DNA of 63,998 bases, filler included, from Stramenopiles sp. TOSAG23-2 (GCA_900128395.1; 5 parts of 5 records of this genome joined end to end with filler, not necessarily neighbours in it); one strand, 5' to 3'; positions 32,461 through 45,809 are shown, counted from the first letter of the whole stretch. The notes: generated by a model from the letters alone, not told the origin. Program-made: numbers and translations.

Positions 32461-35400
32461 ATGTTTGTCTTTGGTTCTACATTATTTGGACCGGAAGGTA
32501 AAAAATCAAAAGATGATATTGAGACACTAGAGGAAGTAGCAAAACGAGATGCAAGAATAGCAAGGCTAAAATCTAGGGAGGAACGTTTATTATTAGAGTT
32601 AGAACTAACGCGTAATCGAATGAGTGATCAGTTTGAATCTAGAGAACACTTGTTTGATGGCAATAGTGAGTTATTAGATCCCAATAGTCAATGGCCAAGT
32701 TCGCCTGGTATTGGAGGTAGTTCCTCAGTTTTTGATGCGCATGGTTTTAATGGTTCAAGCACACTACCAATACAACAAAGTAGTAGTTTACAACCACTCC
32801 AAGCACAAAATTTTTTCCAACAAACTGTCCCAAATGTCGACATGCCAAGTCGCATGTCACCTGTAATGATAAATAAGCGTGGTCAAGGTCGTCGTGCGAA
32901 ATCAACGACAAATTTAGATAGACGCCGCGTCAAAAGGTCTACCGTAAACAATGGTAATACTTACAAAAATAGTAAAGTAAATAATAATAATAACTCGTCC
33001 GCATTTAAGTTCCCTAAAGTTCGTAGTAATATAGACTTAATGCCAATGTTAACGTCAACCGGTGATGGGGTATTTGAGGTTGGTTTAAATCACGCTGATA
33101 GCTCGGGGCATGTTTTGCCTGTTTTTCGATTACCGAGTGTAGATGAGACCGTAACTTTTATTAACCGTATACCGACGGAACCAACTGAGGAGGAAGCTAA
33201 ACGTATAGAAGAGGATAGGAAAGACGAAGAAGCGTTAGCGTCGCAGTTAGGTTTAACAGAGGAAGAATTGGCAGAGTTTGAAATGGAGGTTGAACAAATA
33301 ACGGGACATGATAATAATGGCAGTCGAAGTAGAAGCCAATCATTAGCAGAATTTGGGGATTCTACCGCAAATTTACCACCATTAGATTTTAGTCAAACGA
33401 TAGAAGGAAAAGAAAGCATAATTAGAGAGGAAGGAAGTACGTTGTCATTAAATAAAGTAAAAGGTAGAAAAAGGCGAAGGGAGGGCGATCCAGATGAACA
33501 TGGCACCAGGCGTACACCACGATGTTTGCGACAAAAAAGCGGATCCGTAACTTCGTCTGAATTGAGAAAAGAATTAACAACATCTGTACATTTGATACAA
33601 GATCTGACAGAAAAAGTTCGAGAGGACATTGCGGAAATTCATCGTACGGTCCCTATGGTTAATGTAAAGGCACAACTCTACATGCAACGATGGGGTATGG
33701 AAAAATTTGAAAAAATATTTAAACGAATAGAGATGCAAAAAGAAAGAGCTGCATTGCATTTGTGGCAAGATAAAGTTAAACAATTAATTAAAATGGAGAA
33801 ACGTGAAAATTATATGAAATTAAGGGCCTCTCGTAAATTGGATCATTTTGTACATCGAATGCAAAGCAATGAAATGGCAAGTGCATTCCACTTATGGCTT
33901 TCGCAAATGTTGGAGCAAAAGGAAAGAGAGAGGCGAAAGGCGGAAGATGACGCTGCACGTAAAATACAGAACTTAATTCGTACATTTCTTGCACGTAGAC
34001 ATGTTTATGAATTAAAATTGCGAATACGCGAGGCAAAAGAAAGTGCAGCTGCCAGTAAAATCCAAGCTATGTATCGTGGACGTGCAACGAGGAAGCATGT
34101 TGCAGCAATGTTACGAAAAATGGAAGAAAATAGAGCTGCAATGTACATACAGCGTGCGTATCGTGGCCGCTTAGGTCGAAAAATGTATAACAAAATGCGT
34201 GCGGCGCATCGAGAAAACCAAGCTATTTTAAGAATACAAAATGCGTGGAGGTCACGATGTGCTAGGAAAATTATGTGGATTGCGAGAGAGGAAAATAAAA
34301 AGCATCGCGCTGCAACGCAAATACAGAGACTTGCACGTGGATATTTAGCAAGACAACGGGTGGCATTGTTGCGAGAAGAAAAGTTCATCATGCGTATGGC
34401 TATTAAAATACAATGTCGTGTACGTGGTATATTGGGACGTAAAAAATATCGTAAACAAAAGGAAGTCATTGATGCGCAAAGGCGCAAAGAGACAAAAGCA
34501 GCTATAATGATCCAATCAAGATTCCGTGGCCATCGCTCACAATTAGAATATATGTTAAAATTACAATCGCATCGTGCTTCTATGAAATTTGAGAATTTCA
34601 ATGCGACACTAATTCAAAAAATGTGGCGCGGGGTTTTAGGAAGACGAATTGTAAACGATATGCGAGGGTTGAATACGGATGAAATGGTACGATTAGCACG
34701 TATGCATCAAGAAATGTGGGATGAAGACAATGAAACATATTTCTATTATAACGAATCCACTCAAGCTGCGGAATGGACACCACCTGCAACTGGATACGTA
34801 AAAGTTGATGGAAAATTAGTTTTACGAAATGGTGATGTAATTCCTGATCCTGCGGATGATCCATCTGCAAATGCTAAAAAATGTGTCGAATGTGAGGATG
34901 AATTAGCAGCAAGATATTGTAACGATTGTGATGATGCATACTGCGCTAATTGTTACGACAATACACATGCTGCTGGGAAACGAGCTTATCATAGCTGGGA
35001 TCCTATCGGTCCTCAACGTTGTATGGAATGTGAAAAGGAAGTTGCTACCAGATGGTGTGTGAATTGTGACGATCCATATTGTGAAAATTGCTTTAAGCAA
35101 ATCCACTCAAAAGGTAAAAGGGCCAAGCACGAATGGAATCCAATAGGAGATGGTCCTCCAGAGGAAACTGCGGAAGACGAACTGGATGAAAATAATCAAA
35201 CGTCTGGCTATGAAGATTTTATGGCAGCGGAAGGCGAAACTGGTAAAGGAGAATGGGAAGAATATTATGATGATGACTCATCTGCAGTAGTAAGTAAAAT
35301 GTATTTCGCTAAACCTATAGTAAATGTATACTCACTAACACGTTCATTCTTTCATGCGCTACGCTCCACAGTATTGGTATAATACAACAACTGGAGAATC

Positions 35401-35862
35401 AACTTATGCTAATCCATTTGAAACGAAAAGTGGTGAATATGGAGTAACGGATGGGTATGGTTCTGACATACAAAATGAAGGTTATGATACTGCAGAAGCA
35501 CAAAATGACTGGGTTGAGTATTATGATGAAGAATCTGGCACTCCATATTGGTACAGTGCAACTACTGGTGAAACTGTCTGGACAGATCCAAATGGTGGTG
35601 GTGGCGGCGGCGGTGGTGAATATGGAACAGCCGATGCATATGGGTCGGATTACAATCAAACGGAAGGATACGGTGATGATTATGGTGGGGGAGAGTATCA
35701 AGAATATTTTGACGATGCAAGTGGTGCACCGTAAGTAAAATCTATTTCTCTAAATCTATAGTAGATATCCTCACTAACATGGTTACTCTTTCAAACGCTA
35801 CGCTACACAGTTATTGGTATAATGAAACAACAGGAGAAACACTATGGGAATCGCCTTATTGA
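32461..35862 (+). CDS. IQ-repeat / WW / B-box zinc-finger protein, 3 exons (32461-35289, 35372-35730, 35811-35862)
   Basis: About 8 IQxxxRGxxxR motifs, two B-box motifs (CxxC..CxxCDDxYCxxC...H), four WW-like domains; introns 35290-35371 and 35731-35810 restore the frame. Confidence 0.85.
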
Positions 35863-36345
35863 TGAAAAAATCTGATACCTGAGATATGTATGCATATAAA
35901 AATATATATTATATCATGTATTAAATGACGTTTGAAATCTAAGTTATAAAATAATTTTACATCCTGTGGAAAATACTATACTGTCTACAATGATATTTCA
36001 GCCATATATCATATATATGATATATGAACTCTGAGAATTTTATATATATATATATATATATATGAACTCTGATTATGGATTTCAATTTGAACTCTATCGC
36101 AATGTTACGATTCATTGTCCATCTTTCAGTTTAGTGAGATATATATGAGATAGATTTGTCTCAGTTATTGTATTCTTTCTGGAGAGTAGGAATTATATCA
36201 TTTCAGTAAATTAAAAAAAATAAGTTATATGCATTAATAATACTTTTTATATGTGTACTGAAATACACTGATATAATTATTATGCCATATTATTATAAAT
36301 ACTCTCTCGCGTAATAACATCTCTCACGCTCTCTAGCTCTCTCAT

Positions 36346-38685
36346 TTATTTCTTTTTCCTTCTTTTAGTTGTTGTTGTCGTCTTTTTCGCCTTTCCTTTT
36401 CTTTTTTTTGTACCTGTTTTCTTACTACCGGTACTAGTATTTGCCATCATTCTTTGAAATGCATTTCCACCACCACCACCATTCTTTCCATGATCGTTGT
36501 CGTCATCGTCCCAAAATGCTAAATCAGCCGCTTTTTGTTTTGCATCATCTTCATTAAATTGTGCTTGCAATTGCAAAGCTCGTTGTGATAATTCATTTTC
36601 ATTTTCATACATGTCATTATACGAAACTGGTTTAGCACATACTGGGACAGGATTTTTACGAAATGGTTTATAATTCACGTTGGAAGATTTCCTACTTTTT
36701 TTTTTACCCCGTTTCTTACTGTTACTGCTTACGTTATCACCATTTTTTCCAGAAAAATCAACATTTTTTACTTTAAGGTTTGCAAGAACAACGCATCTTG
36801 TGTTGCCTTTGACTTGAGCCTTTTCTCTGTTAACCCAGCCGGTTACATGTGGTTTATAATAAGACACGCCGTCGTTGTTGTTATCACTATTGTTATAATC
36901 ATCAGTAGTAGATATTACGTTTGCTGCATGTGTTGTTGTCTTTGTCTTCGTCGACGACTTAGTAGTGGTAGTGGTGGTAGTAGTGATAGCACTTTTGCCT
37001 CTTGATGATCCTGTTGTAGTAATTTCCACTTCCTCGTCGCTATTATCATAAATATCATCAACGTCGTAGTCATTTCCGTCATCTACATCCATATTTTCAA
37101 TCTTATTACTATCAATATTATCATCATTCTCATTATTACTAATGTAGGGTTCGTTTGTAGCTACAGATGGTGCTGGTGGTGGATCATTTTCCATTAATAT
37201 TTGTTTCGGTGGCACAATTTTTTTGTTCGATGTAACATTTCGAGCTTGTGGCGGACCCATTGGAGATGTCTTCGATGCTTCTTTCTCCTTGACGCTTAAA
37301 GTAATACCAACACCAGCAGTAGCAGAAGAATTTGCATTGTTCTTAATTTTTTCAGTTTCTCCATCTTTGTTGTTTGCATCATCAAAAGTTTTATATTTTT
37401 GATGATTATTTTTACTACTACTAGTGTCAACTACCATTTTCTGTACGCTGTTTGGTTGAGAAGATTCGACGGCTTCCAACGATGACATAGATGAAGCTAT
37501 TGCAAATTGGCTCATACTACCGTTAACACGATCACTATCATTAAGCGGGATCGGTTTTTTATCAACAATTCGCTTAGCAATATCTTCATTTGTAATTTTG
37601 AATAAATTAAATTTTTCGATTTCTTTTAAATATTCATTAGAAGATGAAGTCGGTGATAAATTATTATTAGTTGCTCCTTTTTTGCTAGGAGGGACTACAT
37701 ATACCATAGATTTGATATTTTCCACATCGTTTAAAGAAGGGAATTTATTTATATTATCATAACAATGTAAAACGTTTCCACCGCAATTTTCCAATAACGT
37801 TGCATAATTCATATTTGGATCTGGCTTATTTAATAAGATAAATGTTATTCCATCAAACAATTTCACGCGCCAAACACTCCATTTATATTTTTTATATGTG
37901 GCATTATTTTCATTCAATGGCATCTGATGCGTCTGCCTGCTGCTAATGGAAGAAGTCATTAATCGGTCGACTTGATATTTTGTCGGCAATATTTCAGATT
38001 TCGATTTAGAAATACAATTGACATATACATTTGGTTTCGACATGGCTTCCACGTATTTGCAATTCACAATTGTTGTAGTCATATCAGTCAAAGCTAGAAT
38101 ACATTTAAATGTGCTGCTAAACGTTTCCATCACTAAAAAATCTGTTTTCCCTGGAATATGTTTTTTCACCAATGCCCCACCCATTTTTCCAATAAACTGT
38201 TTTATTTTTCCAATTTTTGGTTTTTTAACTTTGGAAGTCATAAAGACAGGTCCTGGAATTTGACATACTTTGAATGAGTATAAGCCATTTTCAGGACCAA
38301 TGCGTATGACGTCATTCATTTTTAAGCGTCTCCAAACTCCATTAACATCTTGAACTTTTGAGAAGTTTGCATCTACTTTTTTATCATTTACATATGTGCC
38401 AGTAGACGAACGTTCTTTATTTTCAGTACCATCACGTATAAATATACCAATTTGCTCCTCTTTTCCAGGGCCGACGATGTAAGATACATTTATTGTTGCA
38501 TGTTCTCTACTGACACCTTGATCACCAGTTAAAAGGACGGATACTTTCGAGGCTTGACGACCGAATGTATGTACACCTTGTCGTAAATATAAATGTCTTG
38601 TATCTTGTTTTATAATAGCTGGTGAAGATGATCCATTATTATTATTATTATTATTATCGACATTAATTTGTCGAAGGACCCACAT
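36346..38685 (-). CDS. NBS1: Nibrin/NBS1 (MRN complex)
   Basis: N-terminal FHA (FGR, VSREHA, SSTGTYVN) plus tandem BRCT-like region; Mre11-binding motif VNYKPFRKN; acidic-aromatic C-terminal motif. Confidence 0.8.
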   Translation of the reverse strand: MWVLRQINVDNNNNNNNGSSSPAIIKQDTRHLYLRQGVHTFGRQASKVSVLLTGDQGVSREHATINVSYIVGPGKEEQIGIFIRDGTENKERSSTGTYVNDKKVDANFSKVQDVNGVWRRLKMNDVIRIGPENGLYSFKVCQIPGPVFMTSKVKKPKIGKIKQFIGKMGGALVKKHIPGKTDFLVMETFSSTFKCILALTDMTTTIVNCKYVEAMSKPNVYVNCISKSKSEILPTKYQVDRLMTSSISSRQTHQMPLNENNATYKKYKWSVWRVKLFDGITFILLNKPDPNMNYATLLENCGGNVLHCYDNINKFPSLNDVENIKSMVYVVPPSKKGATNNNLSPTSSSNEYLKEIEKFNLFKITNEDIAKRIVDKKPIPLNDSDRVNGSMSQFAIASSMSSLEAVESSQPNSVQKMVVDTSSSKNNHQKYKTFDDANNKDGETEKIKNNANSSATAGVGITLSVKEKEASKTSPMGPPQARNVTSNKKIVPPKQILMENDPPPAPSVATNEPYISNNENDDNIDSNKIENMDVDDGNDYDVDDIYDNSDEEVEITTTGSSRGKSAITTTTTTTTKSSTKTKTTTHAANVISTTDDYNNSDNNNDGVSYYKPHVTGWVNREKAQVKGNTRCVVLANLKVKNVDFSGKNGDNVSSNSKKRGKKKSRKSSNVNYKPFRKNPVPVCAKPVSYNDMYENENELSQRALQLQAQFNEDDAKQKAADLAFWDDDDNDHGKNGGGGGNAFQRMMANTSTGSKKTGTKKRKGKAKKTTTTTKRRKKK

Positions 38686-39056
38686 TGTTGTTATAGAAAT
38701 GTCTTTTGATACTTTGCTTTCTTATTTCATGTTTGTTTCTTTGTTTAAAAATATTATTTATTATTCAAATATATATTCAATATATTGTTGTGTATATTGT
38801 GTTATTATTTTTTTAAACTATCCTATAATAGTAGTGCTATACCAGGTACCAAGTATTGTCCTAGTTTTTTTTGGGAGGAGGAAGTAGTTTTGAGCAATTT
38901 CGCGGTGGTTTGTGCCCTTTTATTTTTAGTACAAAATATCCTATACGAGTACACTACACGTCATTAATTAATAATAATATACATATTAGTGTAATTCTAA
39001 GTAATAAACAAACAAAACTTTTTTATTTCTTTTTCGTACTCCCATCGACGATATCC

Positions 39057-39156
39057 NNNNNNNNNNNNNNNNNNNNNNNNNNNNNNNNNNNNNNNNNNNN
39101 TTAATTAATTAANNNNNNNNNNNNNNNNNNNNNNNNNNNNNNNNNNNNNNNNNNNN
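39057..39156. other. Artificial contig spacer
   Basis: N-run TTAATTAATTAA N-run. Confidence 0.98.
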
Positions 39157-39534
39157 ATATTCAATTGAAAGAAGAAAGACTATTGTTCTATTTTGACGTA
39201 TATCTTCTTATGAATATTCTGGTGTAGATCTATTACTATGTGATATTGACTCTGGTCTATCTCTCTATCTCTCTCTCTCTCTGGGGAAGGAAGGGTTCAT
39301 TTGATCACAATTTTCAATGAATTTTGATTATTCATTTTTATTTAATGGATGGTTGCCTGTGGTATTTGTGTATATACTAAGAAGTATAATTTACGTAATG
39401 TTCCTATTAATATATATAGGTGAGGATTTGTGATTTTGTGACGATTTGGCCATTTTTGACCTAACAAGAACATGAAAATATGAAAATGGCACATGAAAAA
39501 TGGCTGTGTGCACACCACAGCACTGTATAACTGT

Positions 39535-41141
39535 TCACAGCCTTGTTATACCAAGTTGAAGACTGTATGATGCTAAATTGATTTCATCACCAATCCCAAT
39601 CAAGTGGGATTTAGACATTACCAAAGAGGTGGGGCAATGTAATTGCATAATCGAAGAATTTGTTTTTGCAACTTTACGTGATAGACTTTGAACTACAACG
39701 ACATCCAACATTGTGTATTCACCATTTGTATGTTTAATTGATATACTAGACCACGACGTTGATTTAGTAAAATTTGCACCTTCCTCCACCAATGGTGGGG
39801 ACATATCCACCAATTCTGTAATACCCAATATTCGACACACAAAATGACGACAAAATTCAATATGAATTCAACGATTCAATACATATTGGTGGAAATTGTG
39901 AAGATTTTGTTATTTCAGAAATGGGTGTAAATAAATTACTACCTTGGATTCGTACTAACCAAAGTTATTTCTCAAATTGTACAAGAAGCAATCTCCTCGT
40001 TAGAACCCTAACAAAACTACACCATAATAAGACTACACTGGATATTATGGAAGTAATGGATATGTCACCTCCAGTGGTGAAAGAGGGTAGTGGTTTAAAT
40101 AATTCTACATCATGGTCTAGTGTATTGATTAAACACACAAATGGAGAGTACACGATGATCGATCTGGTTGTTAATCAATCTATGTCTAGGAAAATAATAA
40201 AAACTAAAGCTAGCATAATGCAATTACATTGCCCCACTTCCTTGGCTATGTCAAGGAGGTGGGAGCATGCGTATCATACACATCTTAAAATATACATATG
40301 TAACATATAATGTATTTAATTTTTTTTTTATAGTTTATTTTAATTTGTGATTTTACAACATGTTAGATTTAATCGTTTGTATGCTCTTCTCGGTACAAGT
40401 TTAATGGGCCAATTTTTTGTTTGAGCTCTGTGCAGGAAAAAAGAGGAGAAACATTTCAATTTACACAAATGGGTAGCCATTGTAGTGAGCACATTGGAAA
40501 CATGGTTAGGGATTGTACTATTGAAACGGTACAAGTTGTGCATTCCTAACTTGCTAGGACCATAACCAGAAGGTGGATAACTATACATGAGGGTTTTTGT
40601 CGTTATAATATATTGGATGAATACATACGCCATTGTTTTAACTCAACCAACAATCAATTAAAAAAAATAGGGTTACAACTTAGTCACTATAAAAAAGAAA
40701 GATAGATGAGGGAGCAATTAATCAAATTCAATGTGTATTAACCATGTCAACAACAAAAATTACAAAACGTAATTGTACAATATTACAAAAACAACGTATA
40801 TAATGATAAGGATAAAAGAAAAAAATTGCCGGTTAATATATCATTTACCAAATTCTATGACACGGATAATAACAACACTGGACAGTGAATCTATTGTGGA
40901 TCGCCACACAGCATATTATAATGCCATTCATAGTGGAACTATTGACAAAGAACGATATAGGGAATTCATCAATCACCCAAACTATCATAACATGAAACAA
41001 TATTATCATGTAAGTCCACTGATACTAGACGCTGGTAATTTTGTGAAAGCTTGTGATAGGAAAAATGCTTACCCGAATGGCCAAAGGGGTAGAAGCGTAT
41101 GTCTCATCCCAATTGAACATTTTTGCAATATCATTGGCTAA
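39535..41141. pseudogene. Inverted pair of paralogous gene fragments plus a decayed downstream reading frame; family unknown
   Basis: Minus ORF 39535-39840 and plus ORF ~39830-40310 share about 50/73 identical residues; plus strand continues as stop-interrupted frames to 41141. Confidence 0.5.
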
Positions 41142-41519
41142 TATTGTTTTTCCGATCCTATTATAACAAAATTTAATAATCATGTGGTAAGAAACATTTC
41201 TTCTATAGGGATTTTGAGATTAGTATCTAGTATTTAAACTATACTTGTCAGTATACTAAATTCCCAGAAACCTTAACCTCTCCTCTTCTTGGTTATTATT
41301 CGACCGGAACAACAACAAAAAACATCAAAAAATACATCAAAAACATCATAGAAATGAATCCAATCCTAGCGATGATATCTGGGATGAAGGAAAAAATTTA
41401 ACAAACCTTTGTAAAGATTTTATATGAAGAAAGAGGTATAGAGTAAGAAGAATTAAATAATCAATAAAATACAAGAGATAGTAATCCATATATATATAAA
41501 TAATAAATATATTATAAAT

Positions 41520-42301
41520 ATGTTTCTTTCATCAATGATAGCAAAACAAGCTGGTAGGGGAATGAATAAAAAAGTTTGTAAACAAATGATTAAAGCTTCT
41601 TTATTAAATAATAGTAGTAATAATAATATAATAGTACAACGTCAAAGATTTTCAACATCGAAGGATAAAGATTCAAAAATAAAAGGTGGGTATGAACCTG
41701 GTTCAGAAATGACACCAACGACTACAGAACAATTATTGGATAATTTTGAAGATTCCGCAAAAGAACGTGATGTACTTCTACGTGCAGATCACCATGCATT
41801 AAAAACAGAATTTCCAGAACATAGTTTTATGAACCTGGTTCAGAAATGACACCAACGACTACAGAACAATTATTGGATAATTTTGAAGATTCCGCAAAAG
41901 AACGTGATGTACTTCTACGTGCAGATCACCATGCATTAAAAACAGAATTTCCAGAACATAGTTTACCACCTGGTGAAACAACGGTTAGTGAAGATGCTGC
42001 ATATAAAAAATGTTTGATCTATCGAAGCAAACAACGTGGTTGGTTAGAGGTTGATTTATTACTAGGAACTTGGGCTAGTGAAAATGTAATGAATTTAAAT
42101 AAAATGCAATTGGAACAATATGAAATGATCTTAAATCAAGAAACATTAGATATATATAATTTTATTATTGAACGTGATGATGTACCAAAAGAATTGGAAA
42201 ATGAGGTAATGGACATGTTACGTGAATTTGCAATGGAAAAAGGTGTCGTACCAACACCAATGGATTATGAAAAAAATATGAAAAGTAAAATGTCCAATTA
42301 A
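41520..42301 (+). CDS. SDHAF2: Succinate dehydrogenase assembly factor 2 (Sdh5), split by a 137-bp tandem duplication
   Basis: Mitochondrial-type presequence; LIYRSKQRGWLEVDLLLG; 41691-41827 repeated at 41828-41964 causes the frameshift. Confidence 0.9.
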
Positions 42302-42816
42302 AATGTTTTCATATATATAATATACAACAATTGTATACACTTTGGTCTTCAAAGTGGGTTAGAAGAAAGAAGAAGAGGAGATCAAATGGTGAGGACACCA
42401 ATGGATTATGAAAAAAATATGAAAAGTAAAATGTCCAATTAAAATGTTTTCATATATATAATATACAACAATTGTATACACTTTGGTCTTCAAAGTGGGT
42501 TAGAAGAAAGAAGAAGAGGAGATCAAATGGTGAGGAAGAAAATATATATATATAATTTGTGCGTCGTGTGATTGCCATATGTAAGAGATATTAATATTGA
42601 GCATATTACGTATTCGTATTTTTACGTTTTCGTATGTTCGTACTTTTTAGAGCACGGGGAAGTAAAATTATTTTATATATATATATAACTTAGATTTTCA
42701 ATTTTAACCATCATATATTTACTAATATATTAAATTTCCATACTTTTTACACATGAACATGTTCTCCCTCTCTCCCCGTCCCGTTATATCCTTCATCCGT
42801 TTACAAATTTAAAAAG

Positions 42817-43736
42817 TCATTTCAACAGTTCATCACATTTTTTACGAATTTCTTCTTCTATTTTACATAAATATTGCAATCTAACTAATAAATTAGATGC
42901 TTCTTCGATTCATCACATTTTTTACGAATTTCTTCTTCTATTTTACATAAATATTGCAATCTAACTAATAAATTAGATGCTTCTTCGATATTATTTTCCA
43001 CTTCTAATACATGTTCAAACGTATTTGCACATTCATCTACCATTGCAATCGTTTTTGATATAATAATCGATGCACCTTTTTCATCATTTGAATTTAAATT
43101 TTCTATTTCTTCACGTGCTTCCATCACTTGCATTAATAATTCCATTGGTACATCACCGGTACCAACATCTTCCCCTAATGGTTCAACATTATGTAACATT
43201 GATAATAATACTTTTCCACGCTGTACTGGATGTTTTAATATATCATATGATTCATTGACTAATGTAGATTGTTTACCAGCAATTTCTTGTTCTGTTTCAT
43301 CTGATAAAGCAAACTTATCCGGATGTAATTGTTTTTGTAAATTCCAATATCGTTTTTCCATGTCTTTTATATTTATATTAAATGTTTCATCATACCCAAA
43401 TACTTTAAATGGTGATATATATTTTTCACCATCCTTTGGAACAATATCTTGTATTTTACCACAATTACTACAAAAAAAATTAATAGCTCCGTTTTCAATG
43501 TCAGTATTATCCGTACCACATGACCAACATATTGAAAAATTTCTTGTTATTATAATATTTGTATTATTGTATTGATTATAATTATTTATCAATTTATTAT
43601 AATTATTTTGTTGATTCCAACTTTTATTATTTTTCCATGTTCGTATCGTATTATTATTATTATTATTATATTTATTTCCACCACCACCACGACGTGGTAA
43701 TTTCATGGCTTGTCGTATTATTGATCGCATCATCAT
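42817..43736 (-). CDS. HSCB: Mitochondrial Fe-S co-chaperone HscB/Hsc20/Jac1
   Basis: CWSCG...FFCSNCGKIQ metal site, J-domain LHPDKF, LLMQVMEAREE; removing the 80-bp duplication 42829-42988 gives C-terminus RKKCDELLK*. Confidence 0.9.
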
Positions 43737-44248
43737 TTAAATATTTCCACCACCACCACGACGTGGTAATTTCATAGCTTGTCGTATTATTGATCGCATC
43801 ATCATTTAAAATTTCTTTGATTCTATATATGTATATATATGTATATATATATGTCTATATGTCCCCTCTTGATCATTCTATCTCTGTATACTATAACAAC
43901 TATATAGGTTTGATATGGTTTCAGGTTTTTCATAATAATAAAATTATTATGATGAGAAGATGTGAGTCTAACTTAAAGTCCTCTCTCCTCTCGGACGACA
44001 TATCTTTTAATTATAGAACCAAAAGACAAAAATAGAAAATTAAAATTATAAATTATAACATTAATGAAACAGATCATATAAATAAATAATAAATCATTAT
44101 AATAGAGACTGTATAGTATAAAACTTAAATTAACAAATATATAAAATTTTACAAAAAGAAAAATAATAATAATAAATTATTCAATTAAAATTCATTTAAA
44201 TTGTGCAATTTAAATTATATAAATAAAAACAAAATAAAAATAACTACA

Positions 44249-45443
44249 ATGGAAGGAGTAATGAAAAATAAAATAGTAGTCATCACCGGCGCGGCATCGG
44301 GGCAAGGAAAAGCCGAAGCAATATTATTTGCAAAATTAGGATGCAAAGTAGTCATATGTGATATCAATTTACAACCATTAAAAGAAGTTGAATATGAAAT
44401 TAAACAAAATGGTGGCAATGTTAAAGCATATCAATTAAATGTTGCAGATAAAGATGCAATTAAAGCATTTGCAAAAAATGTAGGAAATGATATTGGTATG
44501 ACAGATATTTTAATAAATAATGCAGGCGTAGGTGGTAGTTATCCTGTTACGCATGAGAATGATGATGAATTTGAAGCAAATTGGTCACGGCAACTTGCCG
44601 TAAATTTGACTAATATATATATACAAGATGGCGTCAAGAAATACAAAACAACGGAAAGAGGTGAAGGACGAAGACGACGATGATGAAATTAAAAACATAT
44701 ACGATATATGTGGTATACCAGGTTTGTTTAAAAATATTTTAAAATTTTTAAAAGTTAAATCTATATTAAAAATGAGTGAGTCTTGTTTAGTGAAAAATTT
44801 AGGACATACAAGTTTTAATGAGTGTGTAAGTGAAGCGATAAGTAAACCAAGGCAGTTGTATGAGCTATATCAAAGGTATGGAAATGAGTTTGAAGGGAGG
44901 TCGGCATTCATATGTGCATGTGATCTTGGACGTATGAATGATGATGAATTTGAAGCAAATTGGTCACGGCAACTTGCCGTAAATTTGACTGCACAAGTAC
45001 GATTGATAAGAGCTTTTATAAAACCATTAACACGTCAAGTTGGTGGTAGGATTATTAATATAGCATCTACTGAAGGTACTGGTGCAACATTGTTTAATGG
45101 TGCATATGTAGCAGCAAAGCATGGTTCTGTTGGTTTAACAAAAGCATTATCATTAGAATTAGCACCTCTTGGATGCACGGTTAATTGCGTTCAACCAGGA
45201 CCAATAAGAACTGGAATGACAAATCCAATACCAGAACGTCAAAAAAATTTATATTCGAAACGTTTAGTCCCAATGCGTCGTTATGGTTTACCTGAGGAAA
45301 TAGCAAATGTTGTTGCATTAATTGCAACGCCTGGTACGTCTTTTTTGAATGGTGCGATTATTCCAGTCGATGGTGGTTTATTAGCAAATAATGCTTTATT
45401 ACCAATGCGTGATTGGTGGATTAAAAAAGAATCTAAACTATGA
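44249..45443 (+). CDS. Short-chain dehydrogenase/reductase interrupted by a 324-bp foreign insert
   Basis: TGAASGQG, NNAG, YVAAKHG, VDGG; halves separated by 44612-44935, which is flanked by a 55-bp direct repeat (44557-44611, 44936-44990). Confidence 0.85.
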
Positions 45444-45809
45444 ATATCGTTCATCACTATTATGTGTGTGTATTTTATTGTTTTAAAAATATTTTAATCT
45501 GATATTTCTTAAAGAAATAACAGATAGACTGGTTATGAAAAAATAGTGCAAGAGGAGTTTATCGTAACGTTCGTTAAAAACACACATATTTAGAGACACA
45601 CCCACAATATATTTTGCGAGTTCGTATATCGATATATAATATATGGTATATATTTTTTTAACACTGCTCAAAGCTCACACATCACCTTTCTTTATTCTCT
45701 CTGCTATATCATCCCCTTCCGTATCATTTGAAAAGATGTTACCTCTTGCAAATGGATTTGGACTTAATGGTACTTTCATACGCACACTCATTGCATTTCC
45801 TTCAGAAGC

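Noticed and set aside
41691-41964. Programmed frameshift or split SDHAF2
   Set aside because: Fully explained by a 137-bp tandem duplication
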